A stretch of 64,000 nucleotides of DNA, taken from positions 40,196 to 104,195 of the forward strand of contig JAAOMT010000402.1 in NCBI GenBank assembly GCA_016748015.1, in the 5' to 3' direction. How positions within the stretch are numbered: the stretch's first letter is position 1; every line of letters starts with the position of its first letter. Made by a program: the position numbers and the translations under genes. This DNA is from Geosiphon pyriformis uo1. Lineage: Eukaryota > Fungi > Glomeromycota. Shown piece after piece: positions 27,014 to 39,490 of this stretch. The notes under the pieces are model-generated. The model was not told the origin of the DNA. It made no database searches and saw only the letters and a list, made by a program, of their open reading frames with translations.

Positions 27014-29174
27014 TTATTCATTCAATTAAAATAGAAACCCACGAATAAATGATATAATATTTTATATTAACTATAAAAATATGAAGAATTTTCATCAAAG
27101 AACGGGCTCTTTATAATAGTTTTAAATAATTTTTTTGTTTAAGATGATTTTGGAAACCGCTTTCTTATTTTTTTTTAATATTTTTATATAAAAGTATTAT
27201 TCCATTTAACCATTAGTTAAGTTAATTTAATATTTTTATTCTCTAAAAAGAAACATGTATTAATCTTTTTAATATTTTTTATTAATAGCGTTGTTTTGCT
27301 GTTATGTTATTTATCAAATGAATACAAAACCCCCAAATCAATTTGACAAGAATGAATTGATGGGAGAAAGATTAATTAAAAAAAGGAGAAAATTATGTGA
27401 GCGGGGCAAAACATTAAGTGCCTTTTACTTATATTTTTAGCATAAAAGGTATTAAACGCTTCAATATAAGATTTTAAATTATTAAAACTTATCATGATAT
27501 ATGTAAATATTTTCAAAGGAATGTGTTAGGGTTTTAAATCTTTATCAGAATAGAAAGTTTCTCAAAATTCTAGAATCTAAAATAGCTTAATTTCCTAAAT
27601 TATAAGGTTAACCTCTTTAATTCATAAAATCAAGAAAAAAAGCGGGCAAACATGATGGTACCATAAGGTCTATTAGGCTTTTTAATGGTGATTACTTTTT
27701 TATAAATAAAGCAACAAGCATTATACTTCAATTTTTCATATCAGATTAAACCTACAAAAACTGAATCAGACCCTAATCTTCTAATATTGAATAGACCATT
27801 CAGAGAGGCAAATAAACGAGGTCATTCAACTCATTTTGATGAACGCGTTACAATTGATTCAGGGAAAGATTATTTATCACAAGAAATTTCAAAATCAAAT
27901 CTTGTTAGGAAAAGAGGATAAATATTTTGTGATGAAAAGTTAGATGATGACGTGGAAATAAAACCTTTAGACAAAAATTCGCAAAGCAAACCGAAAAATG
28001 AGTATAATAATTCTAAATTAATTTTTTATGAATTCTTTGCTTCTAATAAAAAAAAAGGGGATATTGACGAAAAGAGGGGTATTGAAACAAACGGTTTTAA
28101 CAGTCTTCTAGTTTACAAAGATATGTCTCTTCTTTGTTGAAATTATCTTGATTGGAATCAAAGTGATGAAGGGGTCGTATATTTATCACACTACCTTAAT
28201 GTTTGTTTCGAATGTATAGATTTTATGAACAAAATTCAATATGACAACCAGATAAACTACTTTTTCCAAACATTAGCCTTATAAATGTACTTTATAAAGA
28301 TGCAGTAGCATCAACAAGTGAAGCAGGTAAGTGAGAACTTTAAAAAAAAAAAAAAAAGATACCATTAACAGTATTAATTTATTTGCTTCTGATTTTTTTA
28401 TTGGTTCCAGTGTTGGGTAAACTTTTTGTTTGTAGGTATGCGTTTGGGCCAAAAAAGGGACTTTACAATAAGTTGAAAAAAGATACACCAGTGGGATAAG
28501 TTTGACAAAATCTGTAATTTTCATTTTTATTATTTCCCATCAATCTCTGTTTAATGGAGAACCCATTTTGAAACACAGGAATCGTATATGCACTTAAGAG
28601 TTGCCAAAGTGTCTGTCTATTCTTCACGTTATAACCAGGATGTGAATGCAGTTGTTACCAGTTTAATCTATGTGTGAAGACAAAAAAGGGCAGAGGCCAG
28701 TGGAATTTTCATATGTGTGTATGTATGTATGTATGTATGTAAGTGTGTGGTAAAAATGGATATCAATCTTGAGATGTTATAACTATTCCAAAAGTCTCTT
28801 ATAACTAGTAAAGGCTCAAAAATCTGAAATAGAAAGAGCAGAAAATTCTTATCAATTTAAATCTATAGGTTTCAAGCTATTAAAGATCGCTCAGTTTTTA
28901 AGAGGCCTAAGATGACAGCATATATTTTTTGTGTAAGAAAATAAAAAAAAAAGGTTTATACTCAAAAAATCATTCTTTTTTTGGGGTCTTAAAACTAAAA
29001 CAAGATTATCCTCAAAATTATCTTTTTTAGCATTATTTAAAATTGAAAAGATTTTTTTGGTGCAACAATTAATCTTTTGTACAGCAATGTACTCAAAAAG
29101 TTATTGTTTTTGAGCGAATATACAGCAAGATACATATTTATGCATGTACTTTACGTGGGGGGGGGGGGGGGGGG

Positions 29175-29473
29175 NNNNNNNNNNNNNNNNNNNNNNNNNN
29201 NNNNNNNNNNNNNNNNNNNNNNNNNNNNNNNNNNNNNNNNNNNNNNNNNNNNNNNNNNNNNNNNNNNNNNNNNNNNNNNNNNNNNNNNNNNNNNNNNNNN
29301 NNNNNNNNNNNNNNNNNNNNNNNNNNNNNNNNNNNNNNNNNNNNNNNNNNNNNNNNNNNNNNNNNNNNNNNNNNNNNNNNNNNNNNNNNNNNNNNNNNNN
29401 NNNNNNNNNNNNNNNNNNNNNNNNNNNNNNNNNNNNNNNNNNNNNNNNNNNNNNNNNNNNNNNNNNNNNNNNN
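29175..29473. other. Assembly gap flanked by poly-G
   Basis: Run of N. Confidence 0.99.
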
Positions 29474-30117
29474 NGGGGGTTTTTTAATTAAACAATCGAT
29501 TATGTCAATATTAGTTGATAATCAAAATTGTGAAACAATTGTTTAGGAAAAAAAAACTCGTTTAAAAAGTTATCTATGGGAAAGAGGTTCGAAAATTAGA
29601 TTTTCCAATAATAAAAAACTTGTCAAATACTATTAAATGATTCATTTTACACTGTGTGTTGGTTTGACTTGTAATTATTTAATTTTCTTCCTTTTGACAC
29701 TCAAAATATTTTTTTCCAAGCTTTTGTTTATATAAATAAAATAATTATCGAAATTCACAAATCAATTGTAAACAAACATACATGGATATTAAATAGCTTG
29801 TTATTAGAAAATAATATAGTCTAACTTTCGAAATTCTTGATCAAACATTACTTTCCATCAAGTATTTCTCAATTTCTTATAAAAAGAACAGTTGAGTTTC
29901 TTCTACTTTTAGTCATCAAAATTTAATATTGATTCAAAAATAAAAACTTGAACTAAATTTCACACCAGATTTTCCAATGCTATTATTTTAACAAGTTATT
30001 TCAAAGCTTTTTTATTTATCCAACCAAAAATTTCGAGAAATTCAATTTTGTCTGTAGTGTTATCAGTTATTTCTCCATGGAAATCATTCTTTAAAGTTAA
30101 TGAGAGTAGAGTGAACA

Positions 30118-30150
<33 letters not shown>
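30118..30150. repeat. (CAT)n microsatellite
   Basis: Seen directly. Confidence 0.95.
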
Positions 30151-30154
<4 letters not shown>

Positions 30155-30589
30155 AATTTGATAATAAATATGTTTTCAAAGTGGGTTGTATTTGTAAGGG
30201 AAATTTAAAGATCAACAAATTTCTGTATAGCTTGGCTTGAAATAACAATTCTTGGGCCGAGAAAATAATGAGTTGAGTTGGCACTTTAATAATTAAAATT
30301 GAATTTCTGTCATAGAAACAAAAATAACGAAAGAAACTTTCTGGCTATTATTGATGTGACAAAAAGATGTGAGATTTACCAAATTTATCATTGAATCTAG
30401 TAATTGAGTTGATTTCGGAGAAGCATATATTTGATCCCTTTTGAAAATATCAGATATAATGGTGGTGGTGATACTTGAAGCCTAAAAAAAATGGAAATTA
30501 ATTAAACGGCTATTATAGCTCAACTAACAAATCAAATCAAAAAGCTTTTTATTTAATAGAAAATTCGATTACCATTTCCTTCTATAATT

Positions 30590-30931
30590 AGTTCACAACG
30601 TCACTTCTTCTAGCCTTTTAAGAAGGCAATAGACTGTGGTAAAAGGGACGTTTGTTTGAGCTTGTATTTCTTTTTCCATTTTGTATACCCTCCTTCCTTC
30701 CACAAATGTAACACGGCTTGGCGTTTCATCTCTGTCTTGGAAACCGATATTTCAAAGTAAAGTTTTTTTAAAAAAGTTATTTACAACCTAACAAATTCGG
30801 GGCCAATTTGCATTCTGTAACATACTGTAACATAGAATTAGAACTAGAGCACAAGATAGGTGGCTAAGTCTTTGATAATTTTTTAGCGCATTATTATTAT
30901 AGTAGATGTAAAAGTTTTTTGTCCCAGACTG
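30590..30931 (-). mobile_element. Truncated Tc1-like element (5' TIR and transposase N-terminal HTH relic)
   Basis: Terminus TA-CAGTCTGGGACAAAAAA resembles the TIR of the 20.4-21.6 kb element. The minus strand encodes EMKRQAVLHLWKEG…TNVPFTTVYCLLKRL, similar to the N-terminus at ~20560-20690. Confidence 0.65.
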
Positions 30932-31513
30932 TATTAATAATTTATTTCAAGCCTCATCTAAGGCTTCTTTGACTTAGATTTTTATTGAGGAAATAAAAAG
31001 CAGCAGGATAAATAGGTTTTTTTTTAATTGAAATTTGAGATTTTTTTTCAATTTATAGCTTTCTTCACATTACCAAGAGCTCCTCTCTATTTATGATGAT
31101 AATAATTTTATAAAATTTTTGATATACTAACATCATTTAATTCAAATAAAATCAAGAAATTTAAAAGAAGTTTCAATTGTTTTTTAAATTAAATATATAC
31201 TATACAAAATTTAATTTACCAAAAAAATTTAGTTCCGGGTAACTAGCCACGTGTAGAAAGCGTCTATAATTACCACTATGTAGTTGCAGTAGATAGCGGT
31301 TGGGAACCCACTTTTTTAAATTTTTCCTCGAGAGAGTTATTCCTTGTGACAAGAGTATAATAAAAAAAAAATTAAGTCTTTAATTCAAGTTACAAAATTT
31401 TTTATTCAAAAATGTCAATTTTTACAAGAGACATTTTATTAATAATGATTCTTTAAAAAAAAAAAGTTGAATTAAAATGCTAAATACATGTACTTGCTTT
31501 TTAATAAATTTGC

Positions 31514-31515
<2 letters not shown>

Positions 31516-31580
<65 letters not shown>
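31516..31580. repeat. (TAT)n microsatellite
   Basis: Seen directly. Confidence 0.97.
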
Positions 31581-32667
31581 GATCTGATAAAAGTAAATTT
31601 AATTTCTTCGGGTAGCTGGTCACGTGTAGAAAGTGCACCTATTTTAGTAATAGGCAGTGGCTGGGTCGCACTAGAAAAAAAAAATTTCCTAATTCTGATT
31701 ACCCAAACCTCAAATTATCACATCTACATGTTAGCTTTTTCCGCAATGTCTAGACAATTAATCAATTCCCATAATGAACACACAATCTAACTCTAGAAAA
31801 ATATACGTAATCACGCATTGAAAATTTCTATTATACCAAATACTGCTCTGTCATTTTTTATATTTGTATGCGTTAAACTTACAGCTTGCAGATTTCAAGA
31901 GCATTATTATGAAATCATGAAAAACTCAACAGAATTAAATACTTTATTCTTCAATTTAAAAAAAAATTTCACAATTGAAATCAAAAATGGGTAAACACGG
32001 TACACCCGTGGCCAGAACAATGAAACTTCTTGAGAACATTCTAGCAATAGTTTTAGTTCAAAGAATCCTTCAAAATGGTAATCCCTCCTACAAATTTAAT
32101 GTGTTCAAATGCAAAGGTATGTGGGCTAAGATTGTGAATCGGAATACAAATTAAATTAACTGCTTTACACCACCTTATTATTTAATCTACAGATGTGTGT
32201 AAGAGTTACCTTTCATTTATATATTTTAGAAAGGAATTGGCTTTTACGCAGTTATCAGAATAGAACGTTGGAAATACATAAAAATTCTTAACTTTATTTT
32301 ATCTCTATAACGCTCAAAGGAACTTTGACATCATGTACTTTTAAATTGCGTCAAGAAAAAAAAAGAAGAAGCCCTTTCAATAGCCTATATCGGGAGTTGT
32401 GTATGAATTAAATGTTGATGACGAACAATTTTTCTAGTTAATTTATCATCATCATCATCAAAGATTATCTTTAATAAATTTCCAAGCATTGAAACGCTGT
32501 CTCCCTTTTTCTCAAATATAATATTAAGTTTTTATCTTAAAGCCAGTGAAATCTTATAGCATTAAAAAGGTTTCAAAAAGAAAATAGGTTCATCTTTCCA
32601 TTAATAAATATCTCACATAATTGTCTAAGGTGGGACAATAAACCCCCTAGTCCATTTCCTCTCTCAA

Positions 32668-32710
32668 TTACTACTACTACTACTACTACTACTATTATTA
32701 CTACTACTAT

Positions 32711-32742
<32 letters not shown>
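32668..32742. repeat. (TAC/TAT)n microsatellite upstream of the double-kinase gene
   Basis: Seen directly. Confidence 0.95.
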
Positions 32743-32852
32743 ACCTACCGAAACTATTCTCCAACCAACCATTTCCAAAAGTATATTGTTTATGAGATCG
32801 TGGAACCTATCGTATCACACCTCACTCATAAATACTAGAGCCAAAAGCAAAT

Positions 32853-35800
32853 ATGTCTGAACGTTGTCAACTCTTTCAACCTTTTACGAACATTATGGAA
32901 AATCTTGGAGTTTTGCGTAAACAAAATCTTAATAATTCTTTCGCTAATCAGGGTAGTGATTTTGAGAGTGATTTTGAAGACCAACGAAACCCAAATACCG
33001 TAAATTCATTGATTAAAACGATAGATGTTGGAGGTAGGTTTTGATTGCTAAGTGCAGGATTTTTGATAATCAAGTTTTTACAATATTATGTACATGTACA
33101 ATAAATTTTTATGATATAAATGAAAATATTTTAAAAATTCCAGTGATAGTCCGTGGTCGGTACAAAGTAATAAGAAGATATGGCCTTGGCACATCACATT
33201 ATGTGTGGAAAGCAACCGATAAAACCAAAAATTTTGCCCTTAAACTTTATCTTGAAAAAAAACTTTTTGAAACAGAATCTCATATGTTGAATGAATTAAA
33301 GGATCAGGGTGCAAAGGTGAAATTCTAATCTTAAATTTTATTCCAAAAATTAGATAAAATCGTTAAATAATATTATTCCCATGTGAATATAGCATATAGT
33401 CCAAATTAAAGAAGCCCTTTTACCAGAGCTGATTATTTCCTTTGAATTTGGTCTGGTATGTGAAAAAAATATTACAAAAATACCCTTTCTAAACTATTCA
33501 AGTTCTCAGCAATATGCTAACTATTTTTATCTTTAGTATGACCTGGAAACCTTTGTACGGTATTTGACTTACAATGAATGTCAACAAGAAAAATTTCAAA
33601 TTATTGAGGTAATTCCCTGTAGATATTTGATTTCTAATTCATTGAATCATCTTTTAATCTCTTACTTTTTATAGAGCATAATTGCAGGTTTAGAAGAATG
33701 CCATCGAGCTGACATTGGTAATTTGATAATAAGTTGATTTTTTCATTTAACTAAATTTTTATTGTATACACCCCCTAAATCTTTTTGGGGCATGATGAAA
33801 ATTCTTAGTGCATACAAACTTGACGCCTAAGAATGTAATGCTTTTCAAAAATGGAAATCGAAAAATTTGGAAGTTAATCGATTTTGATAGTGCTTGCCAG
33901 GTTGACGATGTCGTACAAATTGGTTCCCGTTCCATTCATTATTGCTGGTAAAACAAAAGATGTTTTTTAAATAGCGGCTCTTTCATTTATTTGATGAAAT
34001 TATTCCTTTTTTCGAATTTCATAAAGTCCTGAATTGATTCGAGCAGAATACAGTCGAAATGGAAAGCCTCTTAAGGCTCATCAATCAATGGACATGTTCT
34101 CCTTTGGACTCTTGTTATTTTTCCTTGAAACAGGTTGCCATTACTTTAGTGGTGTTACAGAAGAAACGCTTGAATCATTAAAATCACCCGAACCACTACC
34201 GGAACGTCATGAAGTTATTGATGTAAAAGCACGTGAACTAATCCAAAAGTTATTAGAGAAAAAGAAGAAAAACCGAATGACGATTAAACAGTTCAAGGTG
34301 AGAAAATTTAATACTTTTTTAATTTATTATAATCCATAATTCTGATTCCTTTAATCATTTACACACATACAAAAATACCGCAAGGAATCTGAATTCTTGC
34401 CACAGAACTCAAAAAGGGACAGTACTGGTAAGTTCTTATAAATAATTATCGTTTGTCTCCGCTGGTACTAGACCTTTGGAGAGTTTCTACTGGATAAATG
34501 AATACTACTAAATAGATTTGCCAAAGTAGGTAAGAAAAGTAGCTTTACAAGAACGCAAAACTATGCTGTTGAGAAACTTGCGCAAGAAAGTCAGCCCCAT
34601 AATTCTGTTATGGACATGGAGGAATATAAAGTAATTTAAATATGTTATGACCTCTACTTAAGTTTCCTGACCCTTTTGCCTTTGAATTTTTTAATTTAAT
34701 CTTTTTTTTTTCTAATTAGCGAGTTCTAATGGAAACGTTAAAAAAATACCAAGAGGACAGAATGGATCGGTTAAATTCAATCGAAGAAAAAATAGGGGAA
34801 GTCCTTAATGTCTGCAAAGAATTAAAACAATTAATTCCAAGATGGGTAAATCATTGCTTGAATTCTGTGACTTCCACACGTTTGGCATGCTTTCTTTTTT
34901 ACGCTCAATAATGATGATTATATATTTAGCTGTCGAAATTAAAAAACGAAAAAATGCCACGTATTTTTTTCCTATTACCTAATCACCCTAACTGGAAAAA
35001 TCCTGCGTAAATTTTAAACCCATCCTTTTTGAGTTTCTTTTTTCTGCCGTGAGAAGTTCTAATCACATACATTTCATTCTGAAAAGTAATTGGCTAAGTA
35101 AAAGTTTTAAGCTATACTTCGTATGTGAGCACAGTCAACAAATGCATGTTCCAAAGCATGACGGCTATGAAGTTAAACAGATACCAGAGTTTATCAAAAA
35201 GTATGGGCCTTGGATCAAGATAGGGTATGTTTTTTTGTCATTTTTACTTGAAATTTAAAAAAAATTGATCTAATAAGTATTCTCATGTCACTCTTGAAAG
35301 TCTCCAAACACTATCAGGTGTCTTTCGAGCACTGACTTCCAATATCTTTCCCGGAGGTATTGTTGAAATGTTGGGCTCAGTCTTTGATATCCGCACAGAT
35401 TGTGATCTGGTAAAATATGTCCAGCAAATTGCTGACGCTATGGACGCCTGGAATGAATTTATGCCTGATACAAATCCACGGTTAAAAGCTTCGGAATTTG
35501 ATAGCGCATCAAAGTATCAAACCCTTAGCATTCAAGGGTTAAAGGCATTGAAAGGTGAGTATTCATTCACTTTCATGCAAAAAAGAATTTTCAATTGTCT
35601 AAATCTTTGAAATTTTTTTTTGTAAAGGGTATATTGACGAAATGGATAGCAATCATTCTTATGGTGGACTCGTCCAAGGAATTCATAAAGAAACCAAGGA
35701 AGTTGTGTGGGTGTGTGAAGAACACGCCCATGAATATTACGGACAATCACAAAAAGAAGTTCATATAGAAGATCAGCAAAACTTACCACATTCTCCGAAT

Positions 35801-38426
35801 AGTAGTGCAGCTGGAAAACAGGAACAATACTTTCAGCATGAAAGAAATAGGCGTATATCAGAGGGCTTAAATACCGATTGGTCCCAAAATCAATCCTGTG
35901 AAGTTGTTGATCGTTATAGCATGGCGGATCATCATAGCACGATGGATCATCATAGCACGACGAATCATTATAGCACGATAGATGAATATTCTCTGTGTAG
36001 GCACGCTTCAAGATATTCTTTTAATAGTGTTTGTTCTTCTGTCGGCACAGATTTCGGTTTTTCCACCACTACATGCACAGATATTTTGAAAAACGTTCAA
36101 TTTCTCATAATTGACATTCAGAAAAGTGCAAATAACACACAACATCGAAAACGATATCGTCAACGAATCAATAAATTTTTGGAAACAGCTGTTGATAATG
36201 CATCGAATCTTCAAGCGGGGCTCATAAAACTAACGGAATACGAAAACCAACATAGACTTTTACCAATCTTGAAACGTTATGTCGCCTTGCTGCTCTACCT
36301 TTTACGATTCATAGTTCGTTGTAATTTCGGTTGTGTATCATTCCATTCTTTTTATTCATTTTAAAGGATTCATTGATAACTATTTGATCTGATGAAACAT
36401 TGATGCTTTCAAATTACAGTGGATCGAACCACTGCTTTTCTCAACGTTGTCAATGCTCATAATGTATTCCATGAGTAAGTAATTTTTTGTTTGAAAATTT
36501 TCTCATAATCGATAACATAATTGACACAGCGTTTGATATATGATTTAGGTTACATAATAATGGGCTCAATTTTCACAAATCTTTTGAGAGAATAGTGAAA
36601 TGCTTGGATGCCTACCAGCGTTCTCCAACCTTTAGAGAAGATCCCAACGTTGCTCTCTACCAAAGAGCTACCTCAAACGAAGTAAATTCATTTTTTGAAT
36701 GGGCACAAAACCTGAAATGGGAGAATCACCGATGGCTCCCTGAAGAGTTCATGATTAGTAATTATATAAACACAAATAAAATTACGACACCTGATGCAAG
36801 TTACTTGCGAGATCGTGATGGGGAGTCGCCTTTTCGAATTATCAAAAAGACTCTGGATAAGAAGATTGCAGTTGGCGAAATGTCTTTAAAAGAAGCAACT
36901 GATGTTGAAGAATTGCATATGCTAGAGAAAATTGTCTATATGTACACAAAGTTTGAGTTCAACAAATGTTCAAATATTATCCAGGTAATTAAAATGTTGA
37001 ATGTCAAAATTAATTTTTAAACGTAAATTTATTTATTTTTCTCGTAATTTACCGTCTCTCTAAAGTTCTATGGATATTCTGTGAGAGATGAAGCATGTTT
37101 CTGTTTATTATTTGACTGGGCCGAAGGCGGGGATCTCTGGACTCATATGAGAAAGTTTAACAAAGTGGAATCCCTCGATTCTCCTGCACTGAAGTGGGAT
37201 GAAAGGATTAGGCTTTCATGTGAAATTGCTCAGGCTGTTAATTATTTACATAAGGTTTGTTTTTTCATTTCTTTTAGATTTTTAAAACGTACAGTGAATA
37301 TAATAAAAATAAAAATATTATTATTATTATTATTATTATTATCATTAAATTTATCCAATCTTCTCAGAAATCAGTCGTACATCTTGATTTACGTGCCAGC
37401 AATATTCTTCTCGTTCCAGACAAAACATCAAACACAATCAAACCAAAGTTGACCAATTTTATTTTCAGTCAGCATTTAATCGGTGAAAGAACAAATGTAA
37501 GATGCATGATTAATAATAAACTTCGAAAACGTTGGTATGACCCACAACGTCTCGTCCAAGCTCAATTTATCCCAGACTTACCCTCGGATGTATACAGTCT
37601 ATCCATTTTATTCTGGGAAATTCTGAATGGAACTGGCGAAATACCCTATGCAGATGTTAAAGATGATCGTCTCAAAGACCATGTATCGCGTGGTCAACGA
37701 AATAAAATCCCAGAGGTTCCAGAATGGGCCCAAGAAATTAAGGTTTTGATGAACCAGATGTGGCGACATGACGCTAGTGAAAGGCCCAACATAGAAGAGG
37801 TTGTCAGTATCCTTGAGAAGATAATTGAAACCATGACACAATTAAACACACTACAAATCCTTCAGGATATACCCCGAAGTTCAAGCCCTATAGCAATTAC
37901 TTCATTACCGGAATCACAAGAAACTCAAAATATTTTACCAATCGAAGAAGCGATCAACTTATTTGAAAGTAAAGCCTACGAAGAAGCCTTCCCATCACTT
38001 TTATATCATGCTGATCGTGGAAACATTCTGGCATGCGATTACGTTGGAAAATCCTATCAATCAGGACTTGGCACGTTGCCTGAGGTTGAAAAAGCCATTG
38101 AATATTTTATCAAAAGTTCTCGACTTAAGCAGCAGGCAAAGGTGATCCCATTGACACCTCCAATACCAAATCAGGATGAATATAATGTCCTAAACATATA
38201 TGGACGTCAAAGCACCATCAGTTCTATTGATTCTTGGACATCTGATTCAACATTATCAACTCATGAAGGTTTTACAGATGAGAAAAGGGTTTTTAATATT
38301 GATTCAGCTAAAATATACCGTGAAACACGTGCCCCAACTCAACTAAAGTTGGACTTTGATACTGCCGAATATCGATCAAGAGCCGGACGAATTGATTCGG
38401 CAATTGGGTCACCTCTTTTTGAATAG
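32853..38426 (+). CDS. Large multi-exon protein: kinase-like domain, Cys/His-motif domain, helical region, second kinase-like domain, Sel1 repeat
   Basis: Many GT..AG introns. Kinase 1: GLGTSHYVWKA, FALK, HTNLTPKN, LIDFD, DMFSFG. Middle: PRIFFLLP…FKLYFVCEH…HVPKHDGYE…WVCEEH. Kinase 2: HLDLRASN, KLTNF, WYDPQ, SDVYSL. Sel1-like ACDYVGKSYQSGLGT. Confidence 0.8.
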
Positions 38427-39490
38427 GATTTATAAATCAATTAATCATTATTTAATCTTTTTTAATAGGTTTCAAGTCGGAAGGAATAATAGGCTTTCTT
38501 TAATGTATATTAGAGGTATCGGTTATTTATTCAAGCTTAAAAATTAGGAAACGAAACTTTTACTATATGACTAGCTCATGAGCTTTCATAAGTCTAACAA
38601 TAATTTATAATCTTTTGGTTTACTTTTAAAAATTCTACCACTTTTTATTATTGTATTATTGTAATTATTGTAATTATTATAATTATTTGCTTGCTGACTA
38701 CGCTAACAATAAATTAATTTAAAAATCAGGTTTTTATCTATATTCAAGTTCTGAGTTAATAATATTTCAAAGATCAAAGAAAGCAAATTTTTTTCTTTTT
38801 AAATTATTTTTTTTCGGCCAGACCACCTTAAATTTTTTTTAAAAGAAATAGATGTAAAGTTTAACATAGAATATCTAAAACTTTGCTAAAATCAGTTTTT
38901 AACTTTGGATCGAGATTATTATTAGATGAAAGGTTTATAATAAAGTTGATGTACGACACATGTATATCAAATGCTTCAAGAATATTTAGATTCGTCACAG
39001 GAAAACTTAACTAATGTTATTTAAGAAGGTAGATATGAAAGCAGAAGCTTGATTTCAATTAATTTGCCAGATTTTTTCATGTTTAATTTATTAAAAAGCA
39101 GTTTCTAAATTAAGTTTGGTTTTATCGACTCATTGAAATCCAACATAAAAATTTACTCAAGTGGGAACCTTTAATTTCTGGATTTGATCTTGAGAAAGAT
39201 TTTTGGAAGCGGCTAGGGTTCAAAGAGCAATCACCAATCAAAGTGTCAAGTTTTCATTTAACAATGGCAATAAACCAATGACAAGCATAGTTAGCCTTCA
39301 TATCCCTTTACAGTCATTTGAGCTCTAGACGATCTCTATCTATTTAAGCAATGTAAATAAGAGAATGGAGTAGGTATCTATTTTCAAGCCCTAGCCTTTC
39401 CGGGAATGTGATTATAGATTGAAATCCTTATTTATTAACAAGAGGGAACTCTTTAAAAATACTTCTTTACCCATACAAAATATTCAATTC

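Noticed and set aside
27700-28700. Coding-like stretch with a GTAAG..TAG intron
   Set aside because: Multiple stops and no recognisable motif; at most an unidentified pseudogene.
29077-29491. ORFs spanning N runs (also 59092-59283 and 62655-63107)
   Set aside because: Artefacts of assembly gaps.
31488-31790. Poly-Tyr ORF (and the poly-Met ORF at 30084-30284)
   Set aside because: Microsatellite read-through.
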